Source: Amoebidium appalachense (lineage: Eukaryota; Protista; Ichthyosporea). Taken from it: a stretch of 64,000 nucleotides of DNA. This document shows, piece by piece, positions 38,756-50,700 of the stretch. The notes under the pieces are model-generated. The model was given only the letters and a program-made list of their open reading frames with translations, ran no database searches and was not told where the DNA came from. Location: positions 1,876,907 through 1,940,906 of the forward strand of contig CAVNZM010000001.1 in NCBI GenBank assembly GCA_963693365.1, read 5' to 3'. Positions within the stretch are counted from its first letter, which is position 1; every line of letters begins with the position of its first letter. The translations under genes were made by a program, and so were the position numbers.

Positions 38756-41384
38756 ATGGCAGAGCCTACGAGACAAGAACCAACTCTTCCTGTGTCCGCC
38801 AGACTGAGCGGCAATAACAAGCCTGTTGGGGGGCATAATACTCTGGTTAAACTGATCATGTGGGTAACAGTCCCCACAATATCCTTGATCTGCATATGGC
38901 AGTATTTTCAGGCAAGCCACCTATCAGACATCAAGGGCCTTAGTGAGATCGTAATATCCGAGCTGAAATCGAACAGATCTTTCTGGCATGATAAAGCAGA
39001 CATGGGCAAATACGGCAAGAATCTGTCATCATTGTGGGTCGATCTGGATGTGTGTGAGCAGTACCGTTTGCAAGTGACCGATCTTGAGTACAACCAAACG
39101 TTGAACGACACCGAATGGATTTTGTCCAACATGACTAGTCTAGAAGAACGCAGTGGCCACGAGCTGTTCACCAATTGGCTGTCGCCCACGGCACAGTCTT
39201 GGCTAACGGCAAGTTGCCCCGAAGTTGTTGCCCACCACAAACGCGTCCCGTACTTCAGATACTTTGACGACGTCACACTTCGTCCATTGGCTACCGCTGA
39301 ATACGCAGCTGTGGGTGTGTGCATGTTAAAGCTTCTCAGTGAGAGGCTTGACCGCGAAGGGTTACACCACATTTTGATTGTCGGCACTGCTCTGGGAGCG
39401 CATCGACATCACGGAATGATACCGTGGGACGACGACATTGATATTGCAGCTCCCCTCGCCCAGATCACCCGCTTTTCCGAAGTTTTACACGACTTGGCCA
39501 AGGGTAAGTGCACACCTACACCTTTTATTGTATCAAACTAATTCGTGTGCGAGGCAAGTGTTGTAACAGCCTCTTCGTAAAGAAGTCCTTGCCTCTGCAT
39601 TTTTCTGTAAAGGCTAATTGTGCGCTTCTGGGTTGTGTGACTCGACGACGTGGTTTAGTGCCACAATCTGCAGATTGCTGCGGCCCTTGCGGCTACCTCT
39701 ACAACCAGAATACCTCAGGCTAAAAAGGAGTGTGTTTTTTGGGGGGGTTTGAGCTTTTGAACCAGAAACAACCAATTTCTACGAAAATCACTACCACGAT
39801 TGGTAGATTAATGTTGTAATCTCCTTTTTTTTCTCCTCTTCTCCAGTCGTCAGGCTAAGCTAGGCCAGGAACAGCACGGTGAAGTGGTGTCCTATCTGTC
39901 GGCATTGCCAACGAAACCCTTGGCATGCAGCAGATGTGTTGTTTCCAGCGAGTGTCTACCACTCCGCTAGTAAACACACCCCACGGCCGCTGAGATAGCC
40001 AAGAGACACCTTCTACCATTCCCTTATTTTTTAAGCATATGATAGGTGTACCTTGATATCACTTATCATTTTTTGAAAGAGTTCATCTAAGCGCGCAGTA
40101 GCTGTTACACGTACGTGGGCCGCCGTGACGAACAAGCCACTCGACCCTTATAATGAGCACGCCTATGCTTTCGCCTCCAATCAAAGTCGATCTGACCAAA
40201 GTGACCTCCGAGTTATACTTTTTATCGTTTTGGCCATTTCGTATGATTAAGAATATCGATTTGAATATTTGCAATCTTACCACGTAAGCAGGTCGGCAAT
40301 ATACCTATCATATACTAAACAAATTGGTTTATTGTGGCAATGAGGTCTAAAATTATAAGTAGAAGGGTATTGATCAACGTGTTACAGATGGTTTGGTCGT
40401 CCTGGTCTGTGACTGAACCATGTGACTATAAAATAAAACAAATTAGCAACTTTTAAGTTGAACTTCGAGAAATATCACTCCATTCCAAATGTTCGGTTAC
40501 AAACAGAGATAAGAGGTGAAAAGCATATATTCATTTTGGAGCTAATATTATATGAGTTGTGCACGTTGGCAACTAACAGAGGAAAAGAGGTGCTGTATGT
40601 GTGCTCATATACAAACATGTTAAAGAAAGAGCAGACAATGAATGAAAAGACTGGAATCGGCATGAAATACTTATGACAAGCAGCCCACAGGGCTACAATA
40701 AACAGGAAGCGTCATCACAGGTGTTTGCTGGCTGGTAGATTCACATGGATGCCTTTGCGCACCTATGCCACCCCACGGGCACAGGGGCTTCAATGGGAGG
40801 GTATGTACATGATGGATCTTAACCAGCATGGCTAACAAGTATCCTTCAATGCAGATGGGTTTCGGTGGAAGCCACTTGGCGGGCAGAAGATCAAGCTTTG
40901 GCACGAATTGGCCCCCCCAGTCCTCAACCCCAATTATGTTTGGCACACACCCTGCATTGATATATTCCTTTATAAGGACGAGGAAAACGAAGCACCCTGG
41001 TTCTACAGGGGGGAATGGTATCCAATTTATTACCTTCGCTACACCCAGCGACTCTATTTTGGTGGAGCTTGGCTGCCTGTACCAATATTGTCGATCGAGA
41101 CTCTGACAGTGACGTTCACGAATCTCTCCATGTGCATGGACAAAGGCTATAACCACCGTCACGAAGCCAGCTCTTTGTCACTGCCATGGATAAAGGTCTT
41201 TGATTGCTGCCGCCTAGCTGAAAAAGTGCCTTTCGTTTTTAGGGAAAGACACCTGTGGAACTCCACCGAGCCATTCAGGGGAGTAACCGAGGAGCTTAGG
41301 GTTGGGAACACTACAATCCACAAGGTGGTGTATGACGAAAATGGTGTCGGCACTGTGGTGCCTTATCCCATCACGTCGCTGTAA
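38756..41384 (+). CDS. LicD/fukutin-related phosphotransferase, type II membrane protein, 2 exons (38756-39503, 40855-41384; 425 aa)
   Basis: GTALGAHRHHGMIPWDDDIDI and IDIF motifs; N-terminal hydrophobic anchor. Donor GTAAGT at 39504, branch GCTAAC at 40831, acceptor CAG at 40854; the phase-1 junction keeps the frame. Confidence 0.9.
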
Positions 41385-42375
41385 ACATGTCATGATCGGC
41401 AGCAGAGTCATCTGACCGAATAGTCACAACGCACATTTTTAAAGTGGAATTGCGGATCCAAGTAAATAGCTCAATTTTTTTAAGTGGAATTGCGGATATA
41501 ATCGGCTTATTTTTTTTAATATTATCTTAGTTCCGGCCCGGTCTAGGTGTTATGGGCTATTTGGCCCTATGTTCCGTGCTAAGACTGCTCCGGCCTGATC
41601 TGAACCAGTGTGTGATTCCTGTTACAGGAATTTTTATTGTTCAGTGTGCAATACTACATGTGTAAGTAATCGTAGCCGTGGGTCTGTCTAACTGCCTTAG
41701 TCAATAAGAAGTTACATGTTGTTATTTATCTTAGTTTGATAGGGTGTGTTCGCCAGTTAATGGCTTCGGTTGCGAGCCTCAGGGTCAGTGCCACAAGATT
41801 AATTGGACTGGTGGCGCCAATTAACACACCCGTGCAGCAACCGTGTTTGTGTTCTGATAAAGACGCATTCGGTACCATAAACTTTAGTTGAAACATGGCA
41901 ACATGTATGCCATGTTTCAACTAGAGTTCAATGGCAGCCCGTCCAACTACGTCATTAAACTTTGGCTGTCTTTACTTGCATTGAAGTAGGATGATATATA
42001 TTCAGAGCACTTGCGCCCGTGTAAGGTATATATTGATAACCTCTTCGTATCACTTCAAATATCCGGAGACTTATTTCTTGCTCGTTGATTATGTATACAT
42101 CACAAGTTTCTATGAGAAAATGTTTGAATGGAATCGGGTGCACTCCGAATCTTACATTCAGTGTACAGAAACACTGGTGGTTATGATGGTGCTCTTGAAA
42201 TTGATGAAACATTGCGCATGCCGATTTCCGTCCAACACCCAATAGCAACCACTACGATTCTAGCCCACCCTTCCACCCCCCTCCCCTTCTGTTGTTGTGT
42301 ACGTACATATGTGAGTGCATGACAAGTGTAGTTCGTGTTCTTGTAGTGACTTTGACTTTGATATCTGCTTGTTGG

Positions 42376-42438
<63 letters not shown>

Positions 42439-42504
42439 GCTATGTGTCTCTCTCTCTGTTTGTGTGAGTTTGTCTGACGGTGTGTATGTTTGTGTTTGTG
42501 TATG

Positions 42505-43075
42505 TGTGTGTGTTTCACACTGCACCACTGTGTCTCTGCTTCCGTCCTAAATACTTATATAAATTTACAGGTTATGCAGCCCTTTTGCACGCTCCCTACA
42601 CACATCTAGACCTAGCGATCGTTTTTCAATCATGGATCCAAACAAAACTGGTGTGAACCAAATAACCATGTGGAAAGGTGAAGGGAGACTGGCCCCGATA
42701 GCAAAACCAATAATTTTCAATGGGAAATCATCTTTCTGGGAATGATGACCGGCACCAAAGGTGTCCGACTCGTGGACGTTGTTCTTGCTGACAACTACGT
42801 CCCTCCTACCACCATCGCGGTCGACGGTGAACTCCCCTTCTACGGCTACGGCACTGCCGCGGAACTCAAGGAGGCCCGCAATTGCCTCCTGCTCCATATG
42901 ATTCAGAACATCGACCCTTCCGTGCTCACCACCGTCACCCAGTACCGCATTGGCATGGACCCTGAACGGGCCATGTGGAAATTCCGTCAACACTACCATC
43001 AAGGCAAACCCGATCAGATCCGCATCCTTCACCGTCAGTGGGAATGCCTGTGCCCTCCAGGCCGGTGAATCATTC
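42505..43075 (+). mobile_element. 5' fragment of family 1 copia (LTR end, PBS at 42570, frameshifted gag N-terminus)
   Basis: TTTACA|GGTTATGCAGCCC; ATG at 42632 reads MDPNKTGVN; 1-bp deletions. Confidence 0.88.
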
Positions 43076-43503
43076 TGTCATCTTCCCATGATTAACGGCA
43101 AGACTTAGAAGTTGAGTTTTTCATTTGTTTATTAGTTTGTTGTATTTTATTTCCTTTTCCCTTTTCCTTTCTTCCTTTCTTTCTTTCCTTTCCGTTTCCG
43201 TGTGCACAAATATCTTAGATCTGTGTACACATCGAGCTATTTAGCCCGCGCACACGTATTGTTGTTTGTGTCAATGTCTAAATATGTTGTCCAATCAGAT
43301 CTCGTTATATTTTCCCAAACATAGTAACCTACATTCCTCATTCATTCTATTCAATTCCTTTCCCATTCCATTCCTTTCTATCCTCATTCCTTTTCCTTCT
43401 TTTCCCACGACGTAGCATTGTTCTATGTTCCCCAACTATTAGGAATACTTATATTTAGACGTGTTATGTTAAGAACATGTGTAAATATATGATGTGAACT
43501 AAT

Positions 43504-43928
43504 TGTAAAATTATATAAGTATTTGGGACGGAAGCAGAGACACAGTGGTGCAGTGTGAAAACACCACAGACACACACAACAACAAAACACGGAACAAAAT
43601 AAGGAAGGAGAAAGAGAAAGGAAAAGAGAGCACAGATCAACAAAGAAGATAGTAATAGTATAACTATAACCAGAGATATTTATGTACACACGAACATGTA
43701 CACGTCTCTCCCTGAGTGGGTGGATCCGTGTACACACATATAAATATTCTAATTGATATTACAATACACGATTAAAGCCGATACAACACGATTACAAGTA
43801 TACAAGCATATCGGAGATCGATGCTAGACTTTACATAATAGGAGTGTGGCATTTATACTGAGCATATGAACTGAAACATAACACAAACTGAGAAGATCTT
43901 ACATATGTAAATACTATGTATTATAACA
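43504..43928 (-). mobile_element. Internally deleted LTR-B without matching TSD
   Basis: Both LTR termini present, ~500 bp missing near 43596; flanks CTAAT and GCCTT differ. Confidence 0.85.
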
Positions 43929-44918
43929 GCCTTTCAAGGCTTCAAACCCGACGTCTCCCAGCTCCACGTGTTCGGCTCCCCTGCCTATGTGCATGTTCCC
44001 CGATCCAAGAGGAACAAGCTTGCATCAACCGTCAGAGTCGGCACCTACGTCGGCTGGGATCTGCCCTCGAAGGCACACAAGATCCTCGACCATGCCAGCA
44101 ACCAAGTCAAGATCTGCCGTGATGTGATCTTCGACGAGTCAAAATTCACGAGCAGCACCAATCAGGTCCCCGATCCCCCCAAACCCGATCTGCCGGCAAC
44201 CGACCCCCCTCCGACGACGACGATGAAATTCCGTCTGTGGTCCTCACCCAACCGTCCTGGCACAACCAACCAGCCCCGGTTGAACCCGTACCTCCCCCGA
44301 GCCCCCCCCCCCACTGGCCAACAACCCTTGCTACCGGCCTCCCCCGTTGCTGTGCATCAACCCAGCTACATGACTCCAGTTCGTCCTGGGTCCCCCACCT
44401 TCCACTCGGCTTTGAGCAGCCCTGTGGACACCGATGAACATTGCCCCCCTCACCACCGGTCCCATTCATGGCCTCCATGCCCCTGTCCCGGCCTACAACA
44501 CCTCCCCGGCCTCCACCCCCCTCAAGGACCCCCCCAAGCCGAACCTTCGTCGGTCTGCACGTCTCACCAAGCCACCAACGGCACTGGTCAGCATCACAGC
44601 ACCGACCATCAACATTGACCAACTCCCCAAGGGCATTCAAAAGCTTTGCAACAGTCCCAACGGTGATGCCGTCATAGCTGCCCTCACCTCCGAGTACCAA
44701 GCCTTCATCACCAAGGATGTCTTCACTGTTGTTGATCCCCCCCCTGATGCCAACTTCATCAAGTTCAAGTGGATTGTGACTGAGAAGGTCCTCAACTCAG
44801 CCGGTGACACCAAGGTCAAGGCTCGTGGTGTTGCAAAGGGCTTCACTCAAGTCTACGGTGTTGACTACGGTGACACCTCTTCCCCCGTGGTGATGTCCTC
44901 CTCCGTCCGTGCCCTCCT
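43929..44918 (+). pseudogene. Fragment of a related copia pol (integrase C-terminus/SH3 to RT N-terminus)
   Basis: VFGSPAYVHVPRSKRNKL...RDVIFDES and FKWIVTEK...KARGVAKGFTQVYGVDY: homologous to family 1 but clearly diverged. Confidence 0.88.
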
Positions 44919-45774
44919 TGTTAAATTATATAAGTATTTGGGATGAAAGCAGAGACACAGTGGTGCAGTGTAAAAACACCACAGACACACACAACAACAA
45001 AACACGGAACGATCGGAGCAGTGTACACAACAGACATCAATGTTTAGACACGACTGAACTGAATTTATTCTGATCTTCGAATAAATACCTGAAATTCCTC
45101 TAAGTCCAATCCATACATGATTTCCGACCAGTCGGAAATCAGATCTATCTCTAATAGAAACCAATCACTAAGAACCAATTGCTTTCAGAGAGATCCGGTA
45201 CGCGGAGACGTACACGATAGGACACAGACACTAGTTAAGGTCAACTCGTGTCATCATCAAGGAAGTTCTAACCTATGACATACTGCAAAGACTCAGACAT
45301 ATCACACTTAACCTTGATGATTGGTTAAAGCCCGGCAACACATGAAAACTAAAGTAAATTAACGAAGTCTAAACACACATGCTATTCTAAGTGTAGCCTA
45401 AGTGTGTCACCGTCCAATGAACACGTATTAAGTAACACAAATCTACCTAACATATATTAGTAGAAAAGAAACACGATTATACACATGAAGACAAGGAGAG
45501 AAAGAAAAGAAAATAGGGAAGGAGAAAGAGAAAGGAAAAGAGAGCACAGATCAACAAACAAGATAGTAATAGCATAACTATAACCAGAGATATTTATGTA
45601 CACACGAACATGTACACGTCTCTCCCTGAGTGGGTGGATCCGTGTACACACATATAAATATTCTAATCGATATTACAATACACGATTAGAGCCGATACAA
45701 CACGATTACAAGTATACAAGCATATCGGAGATCGATGCTACACTTTACATAATAGGAGTGTGGCATATACACTA

Positions 45775-45968
45775 GGGGGTTTACGCTGTTTACTCGAGGC
45801 AAAGAGAACCAGTCTCAGGTATGGGGGGGGGGTTTGCTCGGAATATCCCCTCAGCGGTATATCATGATCACGTACATAGATGTCGGGTGGTGACTATATA
45901 TCAGGGTTTACTTTCTCTACGAGACACCATAAAGACTACAAGGAGAAATCAATTAGTTGGGGTTCCCC

Positions 45969-46003
<35 letters not shown>

Positions 46004-46035
46004 GGGCTCCCCTCGGGACACTCGGTATCAGCTGG

Positions 46036-46084
<49 letters not shown>

Positions 46085-47311
46085 TGTGTGTGTGTGCGCG
46101 TGCGCTATAATTTTGTAGTGATGTGTTTCTCAAGCCAATCAATACATCTAATAAACAGGTCGTAGTTACGCGTGTTTAGTATAAAATCAAGGATGTTGTA
46201 ATTTACAGGTAGGCTATCTTTCTGGGTGTCTGTTGTGAATGTGACGTGTGTGTGTTGCGGTATTATGTGGTCTATCAAACTACATTTGGCGATACATGAC
46301 CGGTTAAACTGGTGTGTGTGTGTGTTGTTTGGGCATGCAAATGATGCCACCTTATACTTATTAGATCTCCACTGTATAGCACGTGTACAGTAAAAGCGTG
46401 GTAATTGATCAATAATACCATCAGCTAGAGAAAGACCAGTTCTACAGGAAGGTAATATGTATTTAGGTGTTATACACTTGCGAGTGCCATATTTGGCAAT
46501 ATGGTTGAGGCGGTCAGTATATATAAAACGAGACATAAGGCTTAGTTTTTCAAGGTGTATGCTTTCATCGGGTCTAGTGTCGTGTGGTATCTTTTTCCAT
46601 TTGTTATATTGCGTGATTATCTTGTGATTGTGTACATGTTTAATAGGTAAGTGGCAGTCCAAAGTCACACACACACTATTGCGGGGTTTATTTGTATTTG
46701 TGCCCAGGGGAGAAGGGGAGAGAGAGGGGAGGAAAGAGGGGAGAGGTGAGGAGGGGACAGGTCGGATAGAGAAGAGAGGGTGGGAGGGCAAATACTTCTT
46801 TAAGCGGCTTATGTGCTTATTGAATTTCAGCGCGAGATAGGATACTCTAGCAGCTATTGGGACCAGACCATATATCGAGAGCGTTACAGGCCCAGGTTTA
46901 CAACAGTTGTTAGATAGAAAGGAGGCAACTTCTGCTTCAAGGAAATTTGCCAAGGGTTTAAGCGCTCTAGTTCTCTCTTTCTTGATCCAAGCGGCGAGAA
47001 GGGGTAAACCATATTCACATGCCGGGAAGACAAAAGTGCGAATAAATGTAAGTCTAATAGAAGGATGGAGGGGTGTGTCTTTAAAAATATTAGCCGAGAA
47101 GAAAGCTAACCGCTTACGAGCCAACTCTACCCTCTTTTCGACCATATGGGGAAACATAACACCAACAGAATCAACCGGAACACCAAGATATTTGTATTCT
47201 GGAACTATAGGTACAGGTTTAGATGATAATGTAAATGTGTGTAAATTGTTAGCTATATCAGGTACAAGAACACCACATTTGTCTATGTTAAGGATCATAA
47301 GGTTTGCCTTG
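45775..47311 (-). mobile_element. 5'-truncated non-LTR (LINE-like) element, copy 2, inserted in LTR-B
   Basis: TSD CACTA (45770-45774, 47312-47316); carries the RT C-terminal ORF. Confidence 0.88.
46105..47310 (-). pseudogene. C-terminal part of a non-LTR reverse transcriptase (late RT motifs, thumb, Cys/His-rich tail)
   Basis: LNIDKC...YKYLGV and FIRTFVFPACEYG motifs; frame is open up to the truncation point; catalytic YxDD absent. Confidence 0.85.
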
Positions 47312-47795
47312 CACTAAGCATATGAACTGAAACATAACACAAACTGAGAAGATCTTACCATATGTAAATACTACGTATTACAACATCCCCACTTAAGACT
47401 TTGAAGTTTGTGTTATCATATCCCCACTGAACTAGTGAAATCTCCCCACTTGAGAACAGAAACGGAAAAGAAAAAAAAAATTAAAGTGTGTACTTTTCCG
47501 GGGGGGGGGGGGGGGGGGGGGGGGGGAGAAGGGGGGGGGGAGGGGGGGAAGGGGGGGAGGGGGGGGGGGGGGGGAAGAAACCGGGTCAAAAACAACGAAT
47601 ATGTATAACGTGTATAGTCGGGTTTTGATTAACTGGGTTTTAAACCAGTAAAAGATAGAGTAGAGTCATGGTACAGGTCAAACCTTATATATAAACCCTA
47701 AGTGGGCATACCCACAAAGGCAAGATACATATGAAATGAGGATTATGATAAAGTAAGTAGTGAACCTTAGAAAATCACTCTTGAAGTAGGACGGG

Positions 47796-50700
47796 TCAAT
47801 CCACAATATCCGGCAAACAAAGTCGAGCACGATGGTGGACATGACTCGGGCCGGGGAGGGGTTTGGTGAGGATGTCAGCTAAGTTGTGGGCTGACTCAAC
47901 GTAGTGGACAACCACGTCCCCACTTGCAATGTAGTCCTTGGTGTTGTGATACCGGACGGCAATGTGTTTGGTACGGTGCTTGATGCCGGTGGAGTTGTCG
48001 ATGGCAATGGTCGACTGGTTGTCACAGTACACCGGAGTCGGAGCAAGCATGGGACAGCCGAGTTCCTTGAAGAGGTCACGGACCCAAGCAACTTCTTGGG
48101 TGCCAGCATTGAGAGCAATCAGCTCAGCTTCAGTGGTGCTGGTGGCCGTGATGGGCTGGAGCTTGGAGTACCAGATGATGGGCATACCAGCAAACTCGAT
48201 AATGTAGCCGGTGGTAGACTTCTTGCTGTCGGCACAACCAGCAAAGTCAGCATCCGTGTAGCATTCGAGTATGGGGGACTGGGTGGCCGAGTACTTGTAG
48301 TCAATGCCAAGGTCAATGGTGCCGAGCAGGTACCGGGCCACACGACGGAGAAGGTCCCAGTGAGTCTTGCCGGGGTTGGTGCTGAACCGACCGAGGAAGC
48401 CGATGGCATAGGCAATGTCGGGACGGGTGCACCGTGCCACCCAGAGGAGACGGCCGAGTAACTCACGGTAGGGCACGGTGAACGGTTGGGGGGGGCAGTC
48501 AGCCAGGGAGACGGTGGTGCCTGCAGGGATGGGGGTAGACTTGGACTTGGCATCGGTGAGGTTGAAGTCGTGGATGATATCCATGATGTAAGACCTCTGG
48601 TGCATGTGGAGGTGATGGGGATCAGAGTGATTAAAATCAACACCGAGCATACGGTCAAATGGACTCATACGACAGCTGGCCATCTTGCTGATGTGGGCAG
48701 CCAGGTCACTGGCAGCAGTAGAACCCCGGGTGTTGGTGATGGTGGAGTCGTCGACGTAGTTACCAGCCCGAACCACATCGTTGTTGGGGAAGAACCGGAG
48801 GTAGATGCACGGATCGGTCTTAGTACGGGTCAGGCCATGGGCAAGAAGAATGCCGTCGAGGAAGTCGTACCAAGCCTTGGAGGCTTGCTTGAGGCCGTAC
48901 AGGGCTTTCTTGAGTCTCCAGACCTTGCCAAGTGTGGCCATGGTGATGAATCCCGGGGGTTGTTTCATGTAGATGGTCTCGGTGAGTGGGCTGTTGAGAA
49001 AGGCCGTAGACACGTCGAGTTGATGGATGTCATGACCTTCAACAACGGCCAGAGCTAGGATAGCACGGAGAGCAGCCGGACGGATGACAGGGCTCTCAAT
49101 CAACTCATAGTCAACACCGTATTGCTGACTGAAGCCTTGAGCAACACCACGTGCCTTGATCTTGGTGTCACCAGCCGAGTTGAGAGTTTTCTCGGAGACA
49201 ATCCACTTGAAGCCGACGATGTTAGCACCAGGGGGAGGGTCAACAAGGTCAAAGATGTCTTTGTCGACGAAGGCTTGATACTCAGCAGTGAGGGCTGACT
49301 TGACCTGGTCACCATTGGGTCCGGAACACAGTTGACGGACAAGTTTGGGTAGTTGGTCGATGTTGATGGGGGGACCGGGGGGGACTGGGAGGGTGGTGGT
49401 GGCTTGAAAGCCAACCTTGCCCTGTAGACGGGCAGAACGACGGGGTGCAGGAACCGGGGGAGGTGGAGACGGGGGGGGGGGAACTTGGAAGTTCGGAATT
49501 GCAGGGGGGGCAACCTCCGGGCTGGACGGGGCCGAGTGGAAGTTGTCGGGGGAGCCGGGTCGGATGGGTGTGACGTTGCCAGGGGCAGGATGAGGGTCGG
49601 CAGGCTGGACGGGCACGGGGGCAGGGGGGCCGGTGGGGGGGGGTGTCGGGGGAACGACGATGGCAGGAGGGGGGCCAGAGTACACCAGACAAACATCATC
49701 TTCAGTGTCAACTGTGGGGGGTGGGGTGGTCGAGGTAGCAGTGGTGTCGGGGGTCGGAAGTGTTGATGGAATGTCGGACGGGAGATAAGCTGATTCGTCG
49801 AAAATCACATCACGGAAGAGGCCAACACGATGGGTGGTGGGATTGAAGATCCGGTGGCAGTGTGATTGAAGAGCATAGCCGATATACATGCCGAGTTTGA
49901 CGGTGGGGGCCAGCTTGTTCCGTTTAGAGGCTGGCACGTGAGTGTAGGCAGGGCAACCGAACACTTTGAGCTCGGAGATGTCGGGCTTGACACCGTAGAA
50001 AATTTCGAATGGTGTACGACCATTGGCAGTCGTGGACGGGGTGACGTTGATGATGTAGGCGGCATGTTGGAGAGCCTCAGCCCACAGTTTGGGGGACAGA
50101 GACTGATCTTGGACTTGATGGAGGAGGCAAAGGACAATCTCTTGGAGGAACCTCATACGACGTTCAACATAGCCGTTCAGTTGAGGGCAGTCCACCGGAG
50201 CATAGCTGGCCTTGATGCCCTGGGAGAGGCAAAAAGCACGGGTAGCCTTGGAGGTGAACTCAGAGCCGGAGTCGAAGTGGTAGACACCAACTTTGGAGGG
50301 GCCATGGGTGGCAACGAGGTTGGTGTGAGCTGTGAGAATGTCCAGGGTGGTGGTACGATCGGCCATCGGGTAGATCTTGACGAGTCCAGAGGCACGGCAG
50401 ACAGTGACGAGAGCAACCTTGGAACCTCCGTACGATGTTGTGGTAGGCTCAAAAAAATCCCAATGCCATTCATGACCGGGGATGTTGGAGTGAGGACGGT
50501 CACCTTTGAACGGAGCCTTGGTGGTTTTACCCATAATGCAGCCATGACAATCAGGAACATCACAGTCGAGGACAGAGGAGGGGAGACCAATAACAAGGTC
50601 GTGTTTCACCATGTCCTTGATGCTGGTCATAGCACGGTGCCCCAGACGATGGTGCCAGATGGATGGGTTAACACTGGTAGTGGCAGCCAGAGCCACAGGA

